DNA of 64,000 nucleotides from assembly GCA_965205015.1 (NCBI GenBank), contig OZ242029.1, positions 3,808,001-3,872,000 on the forward strand, given 5' to 3'. The notes under the pieces are model-generated. The model was not told the DNA's origin. It worked only from the letters and a program-made list of their open reading frames with translations, and did no database searches. Shown here piece after piece: positions 20,492 through 29,404 of the stretch; position 1 is the first letter of the stretch, and each line of letters opens with the position of its first letter. The position numbers and the translations under genes were made by a program. The stretch is from Candidatus Poribacteria bacterium. GTDB taxonomy: Bacteria > Poribacteria > WGA-4E > WGA-3G.

Positions 20492-20568
20492 AAATACCAG
20501 TACAAACTTTGTTAAAAATCAGTAGAGAATACCTTATGAATTCAGGGTGTATTGTGCGGAGAAATCTT

Positions 20569-21489
20569 ATGAAATACACGCTTATTATGGTTCTCAGCCT
20601 CGTGTGCATGCCAGGAGCCGCGGATAATACGGACATCCATGAAAATGCCGGGACCCGCGCCATGACTTTCCTCAAAATAGGTGTCGGCGCAGAGGCGATG
20701 AGTATGGGTGAATCTCAAGTCGCGGCGACCGATGATCTTTACGCATCGTATTGGAATCCCGCGGGTCTCGTAAGACTCCGACAGCCACAACTTGCACTCA
20801 TGCATAACGAATGGTTCGCCGATATTAACCACGAATTCGTCGGGTTCGCACTGCCGCTTAAAGGGATAGGCACGCTCGGTGCAAGCGCGAGTTTCTTGTC
20901 TTTTGGGGAATTGCAGGGACGGGATCGGGAGGGGAATGAAACGACGATTTTCCGTCCTTATGATCTGGCACTGATTCTCTCGTATGCCCGCGGCTTCGGT
21001 AGCTCGCTCGCTTTCGGCGCGAACGCAAAATTCCTGCGCGAGCAGATCGCTGACGAGAGCGGGACGGGTATCGCTTTCGATCTCGGTGGACTCTACAACT
21101 TTCGGGAGACCCCCCTTTCAATTGGATTCAACGCTCAGCACGTTGGACCCCGAGTGAAGTTCATAGAGGAAGCGTTCGGGTTACCCTTTACCTTCAGGCT
21201 CGGCGTGGCTTATAGACTCTGGAGTGACACGCTCCTCCTCACGACGGACATCATTCGTCCCTCCGACAACGATATCGCTATCGGGGTCGGTGCAGGCTAC
21301 ACGATAGGCACTGTCTTACACCTCCGTACCGGTTATAAATACAAGATCGGCGGTAACGATTTAGGCGCGATTTCTGGGCTCACAGGCGGTTTTGGGTTGA
21401 CGTTCCTCCGCTTCCAAATCGACTATGCGCTTATCCCGTTCGGTGTTCTCGGATTAACCCACCGCGTCTCCTTAGTCGCCAATTTTTAG
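20569..21489 (+). CDS. PorV/PorQ-like outer-membrane beta-barrel
   Basis: Signal peptide; FLKIGVGAEAMSMGE..DDLYASYWNPAG, IAFDLG and IDYA..LGLTHRVSL..F. Confidence 0.82.
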   Translation: MKYTLIMVLSLVCMPGAADNTDIHENAGTRAMTFLKIGVGAEAMSMGESQVAATDDLYASYWNPAGLVRLRQPQLALMHNEWFADINHEFVGFALPLKGIGTLGASASFLSFGELQGRDREGNETTIFRPYDLALILSYARGFGSSLAFGANAKFLREQIADESGTGIAFDLGGLYNFRETPLSIGFNAQHVGPRVKFIEEAFGLPFTFRLGVAYRLWSDTLLLTTDIIRPSDNDIAIGVGAGYTIGTVLHLRTGYKYKIGGNDLGAISGLTGGFGLTFLRFQIDYALIPFGVLGLTHRVSLVANF

Positions 21490-21493
21490 AAGC

Positions 21494-21619
21494 GTTGTGG
21501 GCAGCCACAAGGGCAGCGTTATGGGCAGCCACAAGGGCAGTGTTATGGGCAGCCACAAGGGCAGCGTTATGGGCAGCCACAAGGGCAGCGTTATGGGCAG
21601 CCACAAGGGCAGCCCCTAC
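21494..21619. repeat. tandem array of five 24-bp palindromic REP-like units
   Basis: (GTTATGGGCAGCCACAAGGGCAGC)x5 ending in CCCTAC (GTAG head on the minus strand). Confidence 0.9.
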
Positions 21620-21771
21620 AAGATGTCTATTTATTTTTAGGATTTACTATAGTTTTAGCATTTCGGCATGGAACGCCCCTAAATCCCCCTTATCAGGGAG
21701 ACAGGGGACTTTGAGTGTGGTTTAGCGGAAAACTAAATGACTGTGGATGATCGACGGCTGACGGCTGACGG

Positions 21772-22464
21772 CTATTCGGAAGCGATCTCAATAAATGCCT
21801 CAAAGAGTTTACGTCGGTGTTCCTGAAAACCGGGGGTTTCAAGCATCCGCTCTGGATGGTACTGCACACCCAATACAAACCGCTTTGATTTGTTTTCCAT
21901 CGCTTCGATAATCCCTTCCCTTGTCCGTGCTGTTACCTCAAACCCCTCACCTTTCTCTCTCACCGCTTGATGATGGGCGGAATTGACTTCGTCTGTGCGT
22001 TTACCCGTGATTCGATTGAGTCGACTGCCCGCGACAATCTCAATTGTGTGCCGAGAATCCACATTGTTTACCTGTGATTGACATGATGCCTCTTTTGGGA
22101 ATTCCGAGGGTATATCTTGATATAGGCTGCCTCCCATTGCGACGCTCATAATTTGAATACCGCGACAGATACCAAAAACGGGAAGGTCATCTGCTATTGC
22201 CTTTTGACAGAGCGGTATTTCCAGTGCGTCGCGATCTTCGCTAACGTTGTACACCGCTGGATGCCATTCTGCATCAAAATTGTCTGGATGAATATCGCCA
22301 CCGCCTGTTAGCAAGAGTCCATCAATATCAGCGTAAGCATCTTCTGATATGTCGGGGTACAGCGTCCGAGGTATGCCACCAAACTCTTTAATCGCACGAA
22401 TATAGTTATTAGAAGGATCGTCCTCAATATTTTCGACAAACGTGATTCCGATAATTGGTGCCAT
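21772..22464 (-). CDS. peptidase C26 / gamma-glutamyl-GABA hydrolase family glutamine amidotransferase
   Basis: GLLLTGGGD, FGICRGIQ, NSAHHQAV and GVQYHPE. Confidence 0.9.
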   Translation of the reverse strand: MAPIIGITFVENIEDDPSNNYIRAIKEFGGIPRTLYPDISEDAYADIDGLLLTGGGDIHPDNFDAEWHPAVYNVSEDRDALEIPLCQKAIADDLPVFGICRGIQIMSVAMGGSLYQDIPSEFPKEASCQSQVNNVDSRHTIEIVAGSRLNRITGKRTDEVNSAHHQAVREKGEGFEVTARTREGIIEAMENKSKRFVLGVQYHPERMLETPGFQEHRRKLFEAFIEIASE

Positions 22465-22736
22465 ATATGAAAATCTCCTTTTAAGTCGTTTTTCTTTACA
22501 TAGATTATACTCCATTTTAAAGTTAAATCGCAAACTGATCAGCGGTATTGAGTCGTTACCTATGGGTTGGGTTGAACGGGGGAAAGCGAAGGCTTATCAA
22601 TACGAAGAAAATCAGCCTCTAAAAAAATCCTCCGTGAAGCCTCTGTGAATTGTACCCATCAGAAGTATCTCGAGTTAAGAGTCAGGATTCGGAGATCCCT
22701 CCTACAAGGAGTGTTTTGGATAGAAAAAATAAAACA

Positions 22737-22765
22737 TTGACAATATTATGCCGTTGTGATATAAT
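22737..22765 (+). promoter_or_regulatory. consensus sigma70 promoter (extended -10) for the moeB-like gene
   Basis: TTGACA-17-TATAAT with TG preceding the -10. Confidence 0.85.
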
Positions 22766-22849
22766 TGTGTAAGTGCAAGAGACAAAAATTTATGGACAAG
22801 AATATGAAACTCGGAGCCTCATATTCCTTCTCCGCAGGAGAAAATTTTT

Positions 22850-24037
22850 ATGAAATCCTATAGGCAAATCGTTGAAGAAGCGAAAACAGAAATACCAGAA
22901 GTAACTGTTGACGAGGTGAAAGACGAACAGGACACAGACGGCGATTTCGTGCTACTCGATGTGCGGGACGAAGATGAATATCGCGCGGGTTATATCCCGA
23001 ACGCCGTGCACGTCACACGGGGCATGCTGGAATTCTCGGTTGAGAACTATATTCCCGATCGAAACCAAAAGGTTATCATCTATTGTGCGGCAGGCCTCCG
23101 TTCGCTCCTCGCTGCCAAATCCCTACGTGAAATGGGTTATACCGATACCGTCTCTCTTGCGGGTGGATATCGCGATTGGATGGCGGCGGGTTACCCGACT
23201 GCACAAGATAAACCGATGAGCCATGAGCAACTCGATCGTTACAGTCGCCACTTTATGCTCACGGAGGTCGGGGAACAGGGGCAAGCGAAGCTCCTCGATG
23301 CTAAAGTTTTAATGGTTGGCGCAGGCGGATTAGGTTCACCCGCGGGTGTGTATCTCGGTGCTGCAGGTGTTGGACACCTCGGGATTATCGATTCCGATGT
23401 TGTCGAGCTCAGCAACCTCCAACGTCAGATCCTTCACCGCACAGAATCCGTCGGTACACCGAAGGTTCAATCCGCGACAACGACAATTAAGTCGTTGAAT
23501 CCAGATATTGACATCACACCGTATAATCTCCGCTTGACTGCGGATAACGTTGAAGATATCTTCTCGGAATACGACCTGATCGTTGATGGATGTGATAACT
23601 TCGCGACCCGTTATCTTGTCAATGATGCCGCTGTGTTGATGAACAAGCCGGTTGTTCATGGCAGTATTTTCCAATTTGAGGGACAGGTAACGCTCTTTAA
23701 ACCGCACGAGGGACCGTGCTACCGATGCATGTATCCGACACCGCCCCCGCCGGGCATGGTGCCCAGCTGAAGCGAAGCCGGTGTCCTGGGCGTGCTCCCA
23801 GGCGTAATTGGTGTTATGATGGCAACCGAAGCGATTAAATACATTATCGGTATCGGTGAACCCCTTATCGGTCGGCTCATCCTATACGACGCACTCAGCA
23901 TGACCTATCGCGAAATGAAAATCAGTCGAGATGAGAACTGCCCACTTTGCGGGGATAATCCCGTCATTACGGAATTGATTGACGATTACGATGCCGCAGC
24001 GGAAAATCCTGATACCTTTGCCCCCGCTGCCGATTAA
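22850..24037 (+). CDS. moeB: rhodanese-MoeB/ThiF (E1-like adenylyltransferase) fusion, probable selenoprotein (TGA codon 307 = Sec)
   Basis: Rhodanese loop YCAAGLRS; RYSRH, GAGGLGSP, SNLQRQ and CYRC; PPPPGMVPS-TGA-SEAGVLGVLPG continues in frame to CPLC; 395 aa if read through. Confidence 0.85.
23782..23804 (+). promoter_or_regulatory. candidate bacterial SECIS hairpin
   Basis: CCTGGG-CGTGCT-CCCAGG stem-loop with GT in the loop 21-26 nt after the TGA, plus a bulged T at 23784. Confidence 0.6.
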
Positions 24038-24086
24038 CCCTTAGCACTCGATCCTGTGATCGAAATGACTCCGAGGAGGAAGGTAT

Positions 24087-24329
24087 ATGCTACCTTGCCC
24101 TGATTGTAATAATCCATTGACACAGTTTCCAATTGAACAGGACGATGTAGATCTCGTCAGTTGTGACAGTTGTTACAGTGTTTTGCTTGTTTATCCGGGT
24201 GACGATCTTGAGCGCGTAGATAACGTCACTTTTGATGACCTTGTTGAGGCATACGGCACTGAGTATCCGATTGATGTGGATCCAAGTACAGTCGAACTCC
24301 CTGAAGAAGTCGAAGACGCCTTGATGTAG
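24087..24329 (+). CDS. small acidic zinc-ribbon protein, LysW-like
   Basis: CPDC..CDSC, very acidic, ends ELPEEVEDALM; strong RBS GAGGAGG. Confidence 0.75.
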   Translation: MLPCPDCNNPLTQFPIEQDDVDLVSCDSCYSVLLVYPGDDLERVDNVTFDDLVEAYGTEYPIDVDPSTVELPEEVEDALM

Positions 24330-24419
24330 GCGAACACGGATTTTCAGATTTTAACAGAAAAAAGTAGCACATTTTTCTGAGATGTGCTATAATAACTTTA
24401 ATCCACTCTTTTAAGGAGG

Positions 24420-25130
24420 TTGTTAATGCGAACTATCATTTTATTGGCGATGCTGGGTCTCATTGTTTCACCGGCATTCGCACAGAAATATATCAGCTGG
24501 GAAGCGGAAAACTTTAACGATTCAAACGGCACAAAATTTGAAATCTTTGAAGTCCCGACCGATCACCCGGGTAACGCTGCTGAAAGTGTAGACGATTACA
24601 CCGTCACAGAAGCATCCGGTGGGGCTTACATTGGTTCACACAATGGTGTCACAAACGATGGTGGCGATTGGGTAAAATATGAATTCACAGTTGAGGCAGA
24701 CAATTGGCACTTCTGGGGACGTGTCATCGCCCCGTCAGTCGGCGATAACTCCGTCTACTGGGCATTTGATACCGCTGACGGTGATGTTGAATCTGCCAAT
24801 AACGCCACTATGAACATCTGGGATTTCTTTGAAGCAGGGGAGCTCCGGGTTAATTATACAACCGACTGGGTCTGGTTCCGGTTGAATTCGCGTGACGGTC
24901 CGTTTGAAGGACTCGAGCTGGTTCAGCACAACGAGGATCCGGTTCCCGTGGAATTGGATGCGGGGGATCACACACTGCACATCGCACATCGCGAAGACGG
25001 TACATACATTGACAAAATTTTCGCGACAACGGATGTCGAATTTGATCCGAATGAAACCGATCCGCAGACGGCTGTTGAAGCGCAAAACAAATTGACAACG
25101 ACTTGGGGTTCGCTGAAAAGCGGATTCTAA
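24420..25130 (+). CDS. secreted carbohydrate-binding-like beta-sandwich protein with KLTTTWGSLK C-terminal motif
   Basis: Signal peptide (AFA-Q); WEAE, WVKYEF and GDHTLHIAHREDGTYIDKI; AGGAGG RBS. Confidence 0.8.
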   Translation: MLMRTIILLAMLGLIVSPAFAQKYISWEAENFNDSNGTKFEIFEVPTDHPGNAAESVDDYTVTEASGGAYIGSHNGVTNDGGDWVKYEFTVEADNWHFWGRVIAPSVGDNSVYWAFDTADGDVESANNATMNIWDFFEAGELRVNYTTDWVWFRLNSRDGPFEGLELVQHNEDPVPVELDAGDHTLHIAHREDGTYIDKIFATTDVEFDPNETDPQTAVEAQNKLTTTWGSLKSGF

Positions 25131-25144
25131 GGAGAACACACACT

Positions 25145-25180
25145 TAAAAGCACCCACCCGCTGGGTGCTTTTATTTTTTT
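25145..25180 (+). terminator. intrinsic terminator
   Basis: TAAAAGCACCCA-cccgc-TGGGTGCTTTTA followed by a T tract. Confidence 0.85.
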
Positions 25181-25182
25181 AT

Positions 25183-26649
25183 CTAAACTTCCGAGACGAA
25201 AACCCAATGCTTTAGCTTTGGGATACAGTCTCGCCCTCTTGGAAAGGACCAAAGCGTTCATTTTTTGTTTGACGTTTGGTCCGAAAGTGTGGTATAATGA
25301 GAATATCAAGTTGGACCGACATATACAGCATAACCGCAAGGTTACGTGTCGGTCCCACCCACTGTATAGGGGTTAAAGACTTGAGACTTGAGAGTCCATG
25401 CGAAACACGACACATAAACTTTTCAAGGATAGGACGTTGCGTCACTTGCACGACGATTGCAATATCTGTGGTGTTGTGAAAAATCACTTCTTGGCACTCT
25501 GCATGCGATATTACCGCCGCTATGGTAAAGGACTTTCGTATCGGAAAATGTCCAAGCATCTGACGAAACTCAAGAAACTTGAGAAATACAAGCATTGGAA
25601 TATCCCTTACTCTTGGGCGTTGCAAAATGTACTAAAACGGTTAGCACAAACTTTTCGTGAAATGAAAACATTGGGCAGAGGTCACCCGAAGTTCAAGTCG
25701 TGTAAGAAACACAAAGGGATGACGTTTCGGGGTGAACAGGTCAAGCTTGAAAAAGTCCTGGATAAGCAGAAAAACGAAAGAAACCATCCGACGTATAAAA
25801 TCCGCCTGAACGGACGTTGGTATCGTTTCGCCCTGCATCGTGAAATCGAAGGCGAAATCATCCAAGTTCACGTAACGAGGGACGCACTCGGTGATATGTA
25901 TATTACGTTGACGGAAGACTTTACCGAAATCAAGATCGAACCCAAGACGGGTCAAGCTGAAGGGTTCGATATGGGTATCAAAGACTTCCTGATTGACAGT
26001 GGTGGACACCGAGAGACCTCTCCAATGTTCTACAAACTCAATGCCAAGAAGTTGGCAAAAGCACAAAAGGCGTATTCCCGCAAGGTCAAAGGGTCTCACA
26101 ACCAAGAACGCGAACGCAAGACGGTTGCGCGTATCCACAAGAAAACGACGAACCAGCGAGCAGACCACCATTGGAAACTTGCGATAAAGTTGTGTCGCAA
26201 GTTCGATATTCTGTTCTTTGAAGACCTGAACCTTGAAGGGATGAAACGCTTGTGGGGAAAACAAGTGTCTGATCTCGCCTTTGGTGAGTTCCTGCGGAAA
26301 CTCAAGCACCAGTCTCATAAGCGTATTCGCTCCGTGCTAAAAATCAATCGCTGGTCGCCAACGACAAAATGCTGTTGTGTTTGTGAACATAAAAACGAAA
26401 ATCTCACGTTAGCAGATCGTCACTGGACGTGTCCAAGTTGCCATACACACCTTGACCGCGACCAGAACGCTGCGATGAACATTCTTAAGGAAGGGGTAGC
26501 TTCCTTTAGGTTAGGAGTCGTAAGACCGATCGTCCTATTCAATAGGATTGTCGGCACCTCCGTTGAATCTAACCACCCGATTCTGAATTCTACAAATGCT
26601 TCTGCATAACGATTGCAGAAGCCCAAGTCTTTAGACTTGGGTCTATCAC
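25183..26649 (+). mobile_element. IS200/IS605-family element, TnpB only (IS1341-like)
   Basis: Left hairpin CGAGAC..AACCCAATGCTTTAGCTTTGGG..GTCTCG; related right hairpin CCCAAGTCTTTAGACTTGGG followed by TCTATCAC; no tnpA. Left boundary approximate. Confidence 0.8.
25398..26609 (+). CDS. tnpB: RNA-guided endonuclease TnpB
   Basis: RuvC residues GFDMG, FFEDLNL and DRDQNAAMNI; Zn finger CCVC/CPSC; promoter TTGACG-18-TATAAT at 25269-25298. Confidence 0.95.
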   Translation: MRNTTHKLFKDRTLRHLHDDCNICGVVKNHFLALCMRYYRRYGKGLSYRKMSKHLTKLKKLEKYKHWNIPYSWALQNVLKRLAQTFREMKTLGRGHPKFKSCKKHKGMTFRGEQVKLEKVLDKQKNERNHPTYKIRLNGRWYRFALHREIEGEIIQVHVTRDALGDMYITLTEDFTEIKIEPKTGQAEGFDMGIKDFLIDSGGHRETSPMFYKLNAKKLAKAQKAYSRKVKGSHNQERERKTVARIHKKTTNQRADHHWKLAIKLCRKFDILFFEDLNLEGMKRLWGKQVSDLAFGEFLRKLKHQSHKRIRSVLKINRWSPTTKCCCVCEHKNENLTLADRHWTCPSCHTHLDRDQNAAMNILKEGVASFRLGVVRPIVLFNRIVGTSVESNHPILNSTNASA

Positions 26650-26665
26650 TTTAATTGCTACCAAC
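26495..26665 (+). ncRNA. putative TnpB omegaRNA (reRNA) scaffold plus flank-derived guide
   Basis: Hairpins overlapping the tnpB 3' end (CCGA..TCCTATT-C-AATAGGA..TCGG; GCTTCTGCA..TGCAGAAGC; right-end hairpin). Boundaries inferred. Confidence 0.55.
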
Positions 26666-26900
26666 AACGCGGGATGTAGCGTTGATAAAGAGGTCTGTTA
26701 AATCCAAACGTGTAGCCTGCAACAATACGCAGAAATCCGCAGAAATCCGCAGAAACACGCAGAAATACCCAAGCAAAGACACCAAGCAAAGACACCAAGC
26801 AAAAACCCCTATCAAAAACACGCAGGCGGATATAAGGAACGTATCTGATAGTGCTAACGCACGGCGTTCCACCGCAAGGAATAATTAAAAAACGGAAAAA

Positions 26901-28613
26901 TTGAAAAACGACTGTTATCTCTCGCCTGGTGCTAAAGCAGAAACCTTCCTACTCACCTTCCTGATGCTTGCCAGTTGTGCCGTGAATCCGTCCATTGCTG
27001 AAACAACACTCCGCTTCACAGACCAGACGCAGCAAGCGGGTATCCATTTCAAACATACCAACGGCGCATCCGAAGAGAAATACCTACCGGAAACAATGGG
27101 ATCTGGTGGACTCTTTTTCGACTACAATAACGATGGACACCTTGATATCTATCTCGTCAATAGCGGCACCCTCGGTCCCGATTCTCAGCTCGATAGACAT
27201 CCTGATCACATGAACGTCCTCTATCGCAATAAAGGTGATGGAACATTTGTTGATGCCACCGCAAAAGCGGGACTTCAGCAAAACGACGGTTACGGTATGG
27301 GGTGTCTCGCGGCAGACTACGATAATGACGGGGATACTGACCTTTACCTCACCAACTTCGGTAGAAACCAACTCTATCGGAACAACGGCGACGGCACCTT
27401 CACGGACGTTACGTCCAACGCCGGTGTTGGGGACGGCAACTGGGGGGTGAGCGCGTCCTTCGGGGACTTTAACCTTGATGGACATCTCGACCTCTATGTA
27501 GCAAATTATTTGGATTATCGGTTAGAGAGCGCCCACGCTTGTTTTTTGGAAGGCGTCCATATCTATTGTGGTCCGCATGAATACCCGGGGGCACGTGATA
27601 CACTTTATCGGAACAACGGCGACGGCACCTTCACGGACGTTACGACCCGTGCGGGGGTTCACAACACCGGTAAAGGGTTGGGGGTGCTCTTTACAGATTA
27701 TAACAACGACGGCTATCCTGATATTTTCGTTGCTAACGACGCCGTTCCCGATTTCCTTTATCGGAACAACAGGGATGGAACGTTCACAGATGTCGCTATC
27801 ACTGCAGGAGTTGCCTATAACTCAGAAGGACGCGCAACGGCGAGTATGGGGATCGCTTCCGGGGATTACGATAACGACGGCGTTCAGGATCTCTTCGTTA
27901 CGAATTTCTCTCTGGAAATCAATAGCCTTTTTCGCAACGATAATGACGGTTTTTATACGATGACCACCTTTGAAGCGGGGCTCGCTGATCCGAGTTTCTC
28001 AAAACTCGGTTTCGGCACGCAGTTCCTTGACGCAGATAACGACGGGACACTCGAACTTTTCGTCGCAAATGGGCACGTGTGGGACAATGTCTCAGAGATT
28101 ACGCCATCGCTCTCCTACAGGCAACAGTGCCAAATTTTTGGGAACACAGAAACAGGGCAATTCAGAGATTTATCTGAGACGGCGGGTCGGTTCTTCAAAC
28201 GTTCTATTGTCGCACGTGGTGTCGCCGTTGGTGATTATAACAACGATGGCGCGGCGGATATCCTCGTCACCTGTTGTGATGAACCCCCAATTTTGCTGCG
28301 AAACGATTCCCCCGTCCACGACTATGTGAAAATTCGACTCATCGGCACCCAAGGTAACCGCGATGGCATCGGTGCGAAGGTGTGGGTCCATACAGACGAA
28401 GTGACCCAGTTCAGAGAGGTAACGTGCGGTGGTAGTTACGCCTCTGGTAGCGAGCAAACGCTCCTCTTCGGCATCGGGGCTCACAGGACGCTTCAATCCA
28501 TCGAAGTAAAATGGCAAAATGGGCACACCCAAACACTCAATTTTACAGATGCTGGGAGTCCCGTAAATCAAACTATCTATATTACTGAGAAACTGAATGA
28601 ACCTATGAATTAG
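26901..28613 (+). CDS. CRTAC1-like FG-GAP repeat protein with ASPIC/UnbV C-terminal domain
   Basis: Repeated DYDNDGxxDLY and LYRNNGDGTFTDVT; NRDGIGAKV, GGSYAS and LLFGIG. Confidence 0.9.
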   Translation: MKNDCYLSPGAKAETFLLTFLMLASCAVNPSIAETTLRFTDQTQQAGIHFKHTNGASEEKYLPETMGSGGLFFDYNNDGHLDIYLVNSGTLGPDSQLDRHPDHMNVLYRNKGDGTFVDATAKAGLQQNDGYGMGCLAADYDNDGDTDLYLTNFGRNQLYRNNGDGTFTDVTSNAGVGDGNWGVSASFGDFNLDGHLDLYVANYLDYRLESAHACFLEGVHIYCGPHEYPGARDTLYRNNGDGTFTDVTTRAGVHNTGKGLGVLFTDYNNDGYPDIFVANDAVPDFLYRNNRDGTFTDVAITAGVAYNSEGRATASMGIASGDYDNDGVQDLFVTNFSLEINSLFRNDNDGFYTMTTFEAGLADPSFSKLGFGTQFLDADNDGTLELFVANGHVWDNVSEITPSLSYRQQCQIFGNTETGQFRDLSETAGRFFKRSIVARGVAVGDYNNDGAADILVTCCDEPPILLRNDSPVHDYVKIRLIGTQGNRDGIGAKVWVHTDEVTQFREVTCGGSYASGSEQTLLFGIGAHRTLQSIEVKWQNGHTQTLNFTDAGSPVNQTIYITEKLNEPMN

Positions 28614-28614
28614 G

Positions 28615-28643
28615 TTGACATTATTGATTTCTGCGCGTATAAT
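28615..28643 (+). promoter_or_regulatory. sigma70 promoter for cysC
   Basis: Perfect TTGACA-17-TATAAT. Confidence 0.8.
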
Positions 28644-28726
28644 TGTAAAATAATTGTATCTGACGATAGAGGCACATTTGGAACGCCTCAATTTTATGAA
28701 TTCTAAGATATGTGAGGAATAATAGA

Positions 28727-29344
28727 TTGGCTCAACAGAAAGCAACCAATATTACGTGGCACGATGCGATTGTCACGGTGGAAGATAGAGAAAAATTGCT
28801 GAATCAGAAAGGCTGTGTGATTTGGTTTACAGGTCTCTCCGGTTCGGGGAAATCGACGTTAGCAAACGCAGTTGAACAGGTATTACATCAACAACAGCAC
28901 CACACCTACGTCTTGGATGGCGACAATGTTCGCCACGGATTAAACAAGAACTTGGGGTTCTCACCCGAAGATCGAGAGGAAAACATCCGGCGCATCGGTG
29001 AAGTGGCGAAACTTTTTGCAGATGCCGGCACCATTGTTATGACAGCCTTCATCTCACCCTATCGCGCCGATAGGGATCAGGCGAGAGAACTTATTGCTGA
29101 AGGTAGATTCGTTGAAGTTTTCGTGGAGTGTCCACTTGAGGTCTGTGAAGAACGCGATACGAAAGGTTTATACAAAAAAGCGCGCGCTGGAGAGATTAAG
29201 GAGTTTACCGGCATCAGTGCCCCTTACGAACCGCCCGTCGATCCAGAGGTCACAGTGAATACAGCGGAGCTCTCGCTTGAAAAATCCGCACACGTCGTCG
29301 TCTCGTCTCTTGTGAAAGCAGGCTTAGTCCCCGGTGGAAATTAG
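28727..29344 (+). CDS. cysC: adenylyl-sulfate kinase
   Basis: [32 protein letters not shown] and FTGISAPYE; TTG start inferred from the RBS. Confidence 0.95.
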   Translation: MAQQKATNITWHDAIVTVEDREKLLNQKGCVIWFTGLSGSGKSTLANAVEQVLHQQQHHTYVLDGDNVRHGLNKNLGFSPEDREENIRRIGEVAKLFADAGTIVMTAFISPYRADRDQARELIAEGRFVEVFVECPLEVCEERDTKGLYKKARAGEIKEFTGISAPYEPPVDPEVTVNTAELSLEKSAHVVVSSLVKAGLVPGGN

Positions 29345-29404
29345 ACGGGAAACCGAGATGTTCACTTCGCACGAGAAATGCCAGGCAGAGAGGGAGACCT
29401 GAAA

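Noticed and set aside
21494-21619. Possible CRISPR array
   Set aside because: Units are directly adjacent with no unique spacers, and there are no cas genes; it is a tandem REP-like repeat.
21495-21725. ORF with WAATRAAL repeats (possible RiPP precursor)
   Set aside because: It is a translation of the 24-bp DNA palindrome array, with no RBS, leader or adjacent modifying enzymes.
23792-24037. Separate 81-aa gene or moeB pseudogene
   Set aside because: It is in frame with the upstream ORF and completes the MoeB domain; UGA recoding explains it better.
22850-24037. Alternative genetic code (UGA=Trp/Gly)
   Set aside because: Many genes end at TGA, including ATGA-coupled pairs, and the aligned residue is Cys.
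25398-26609. Cas12f or a catalytically dead TldR-type regulator
   Set aside because: There is no CRISPR array, the RuvC D-E-D residues are intact and IS ends are present.
26651-26888. Short ORFs on both strands after tnpB
   Set aside because: They are translations of low-complexity intergenic repeats.
27375-27655. Exact DNA repeat TATCGGAACAACGGCGACGGCACCTTCACGGACGTTACG
   Set aside because: It encodes FG-GAP repeat units within the CRTAC1-like protein.
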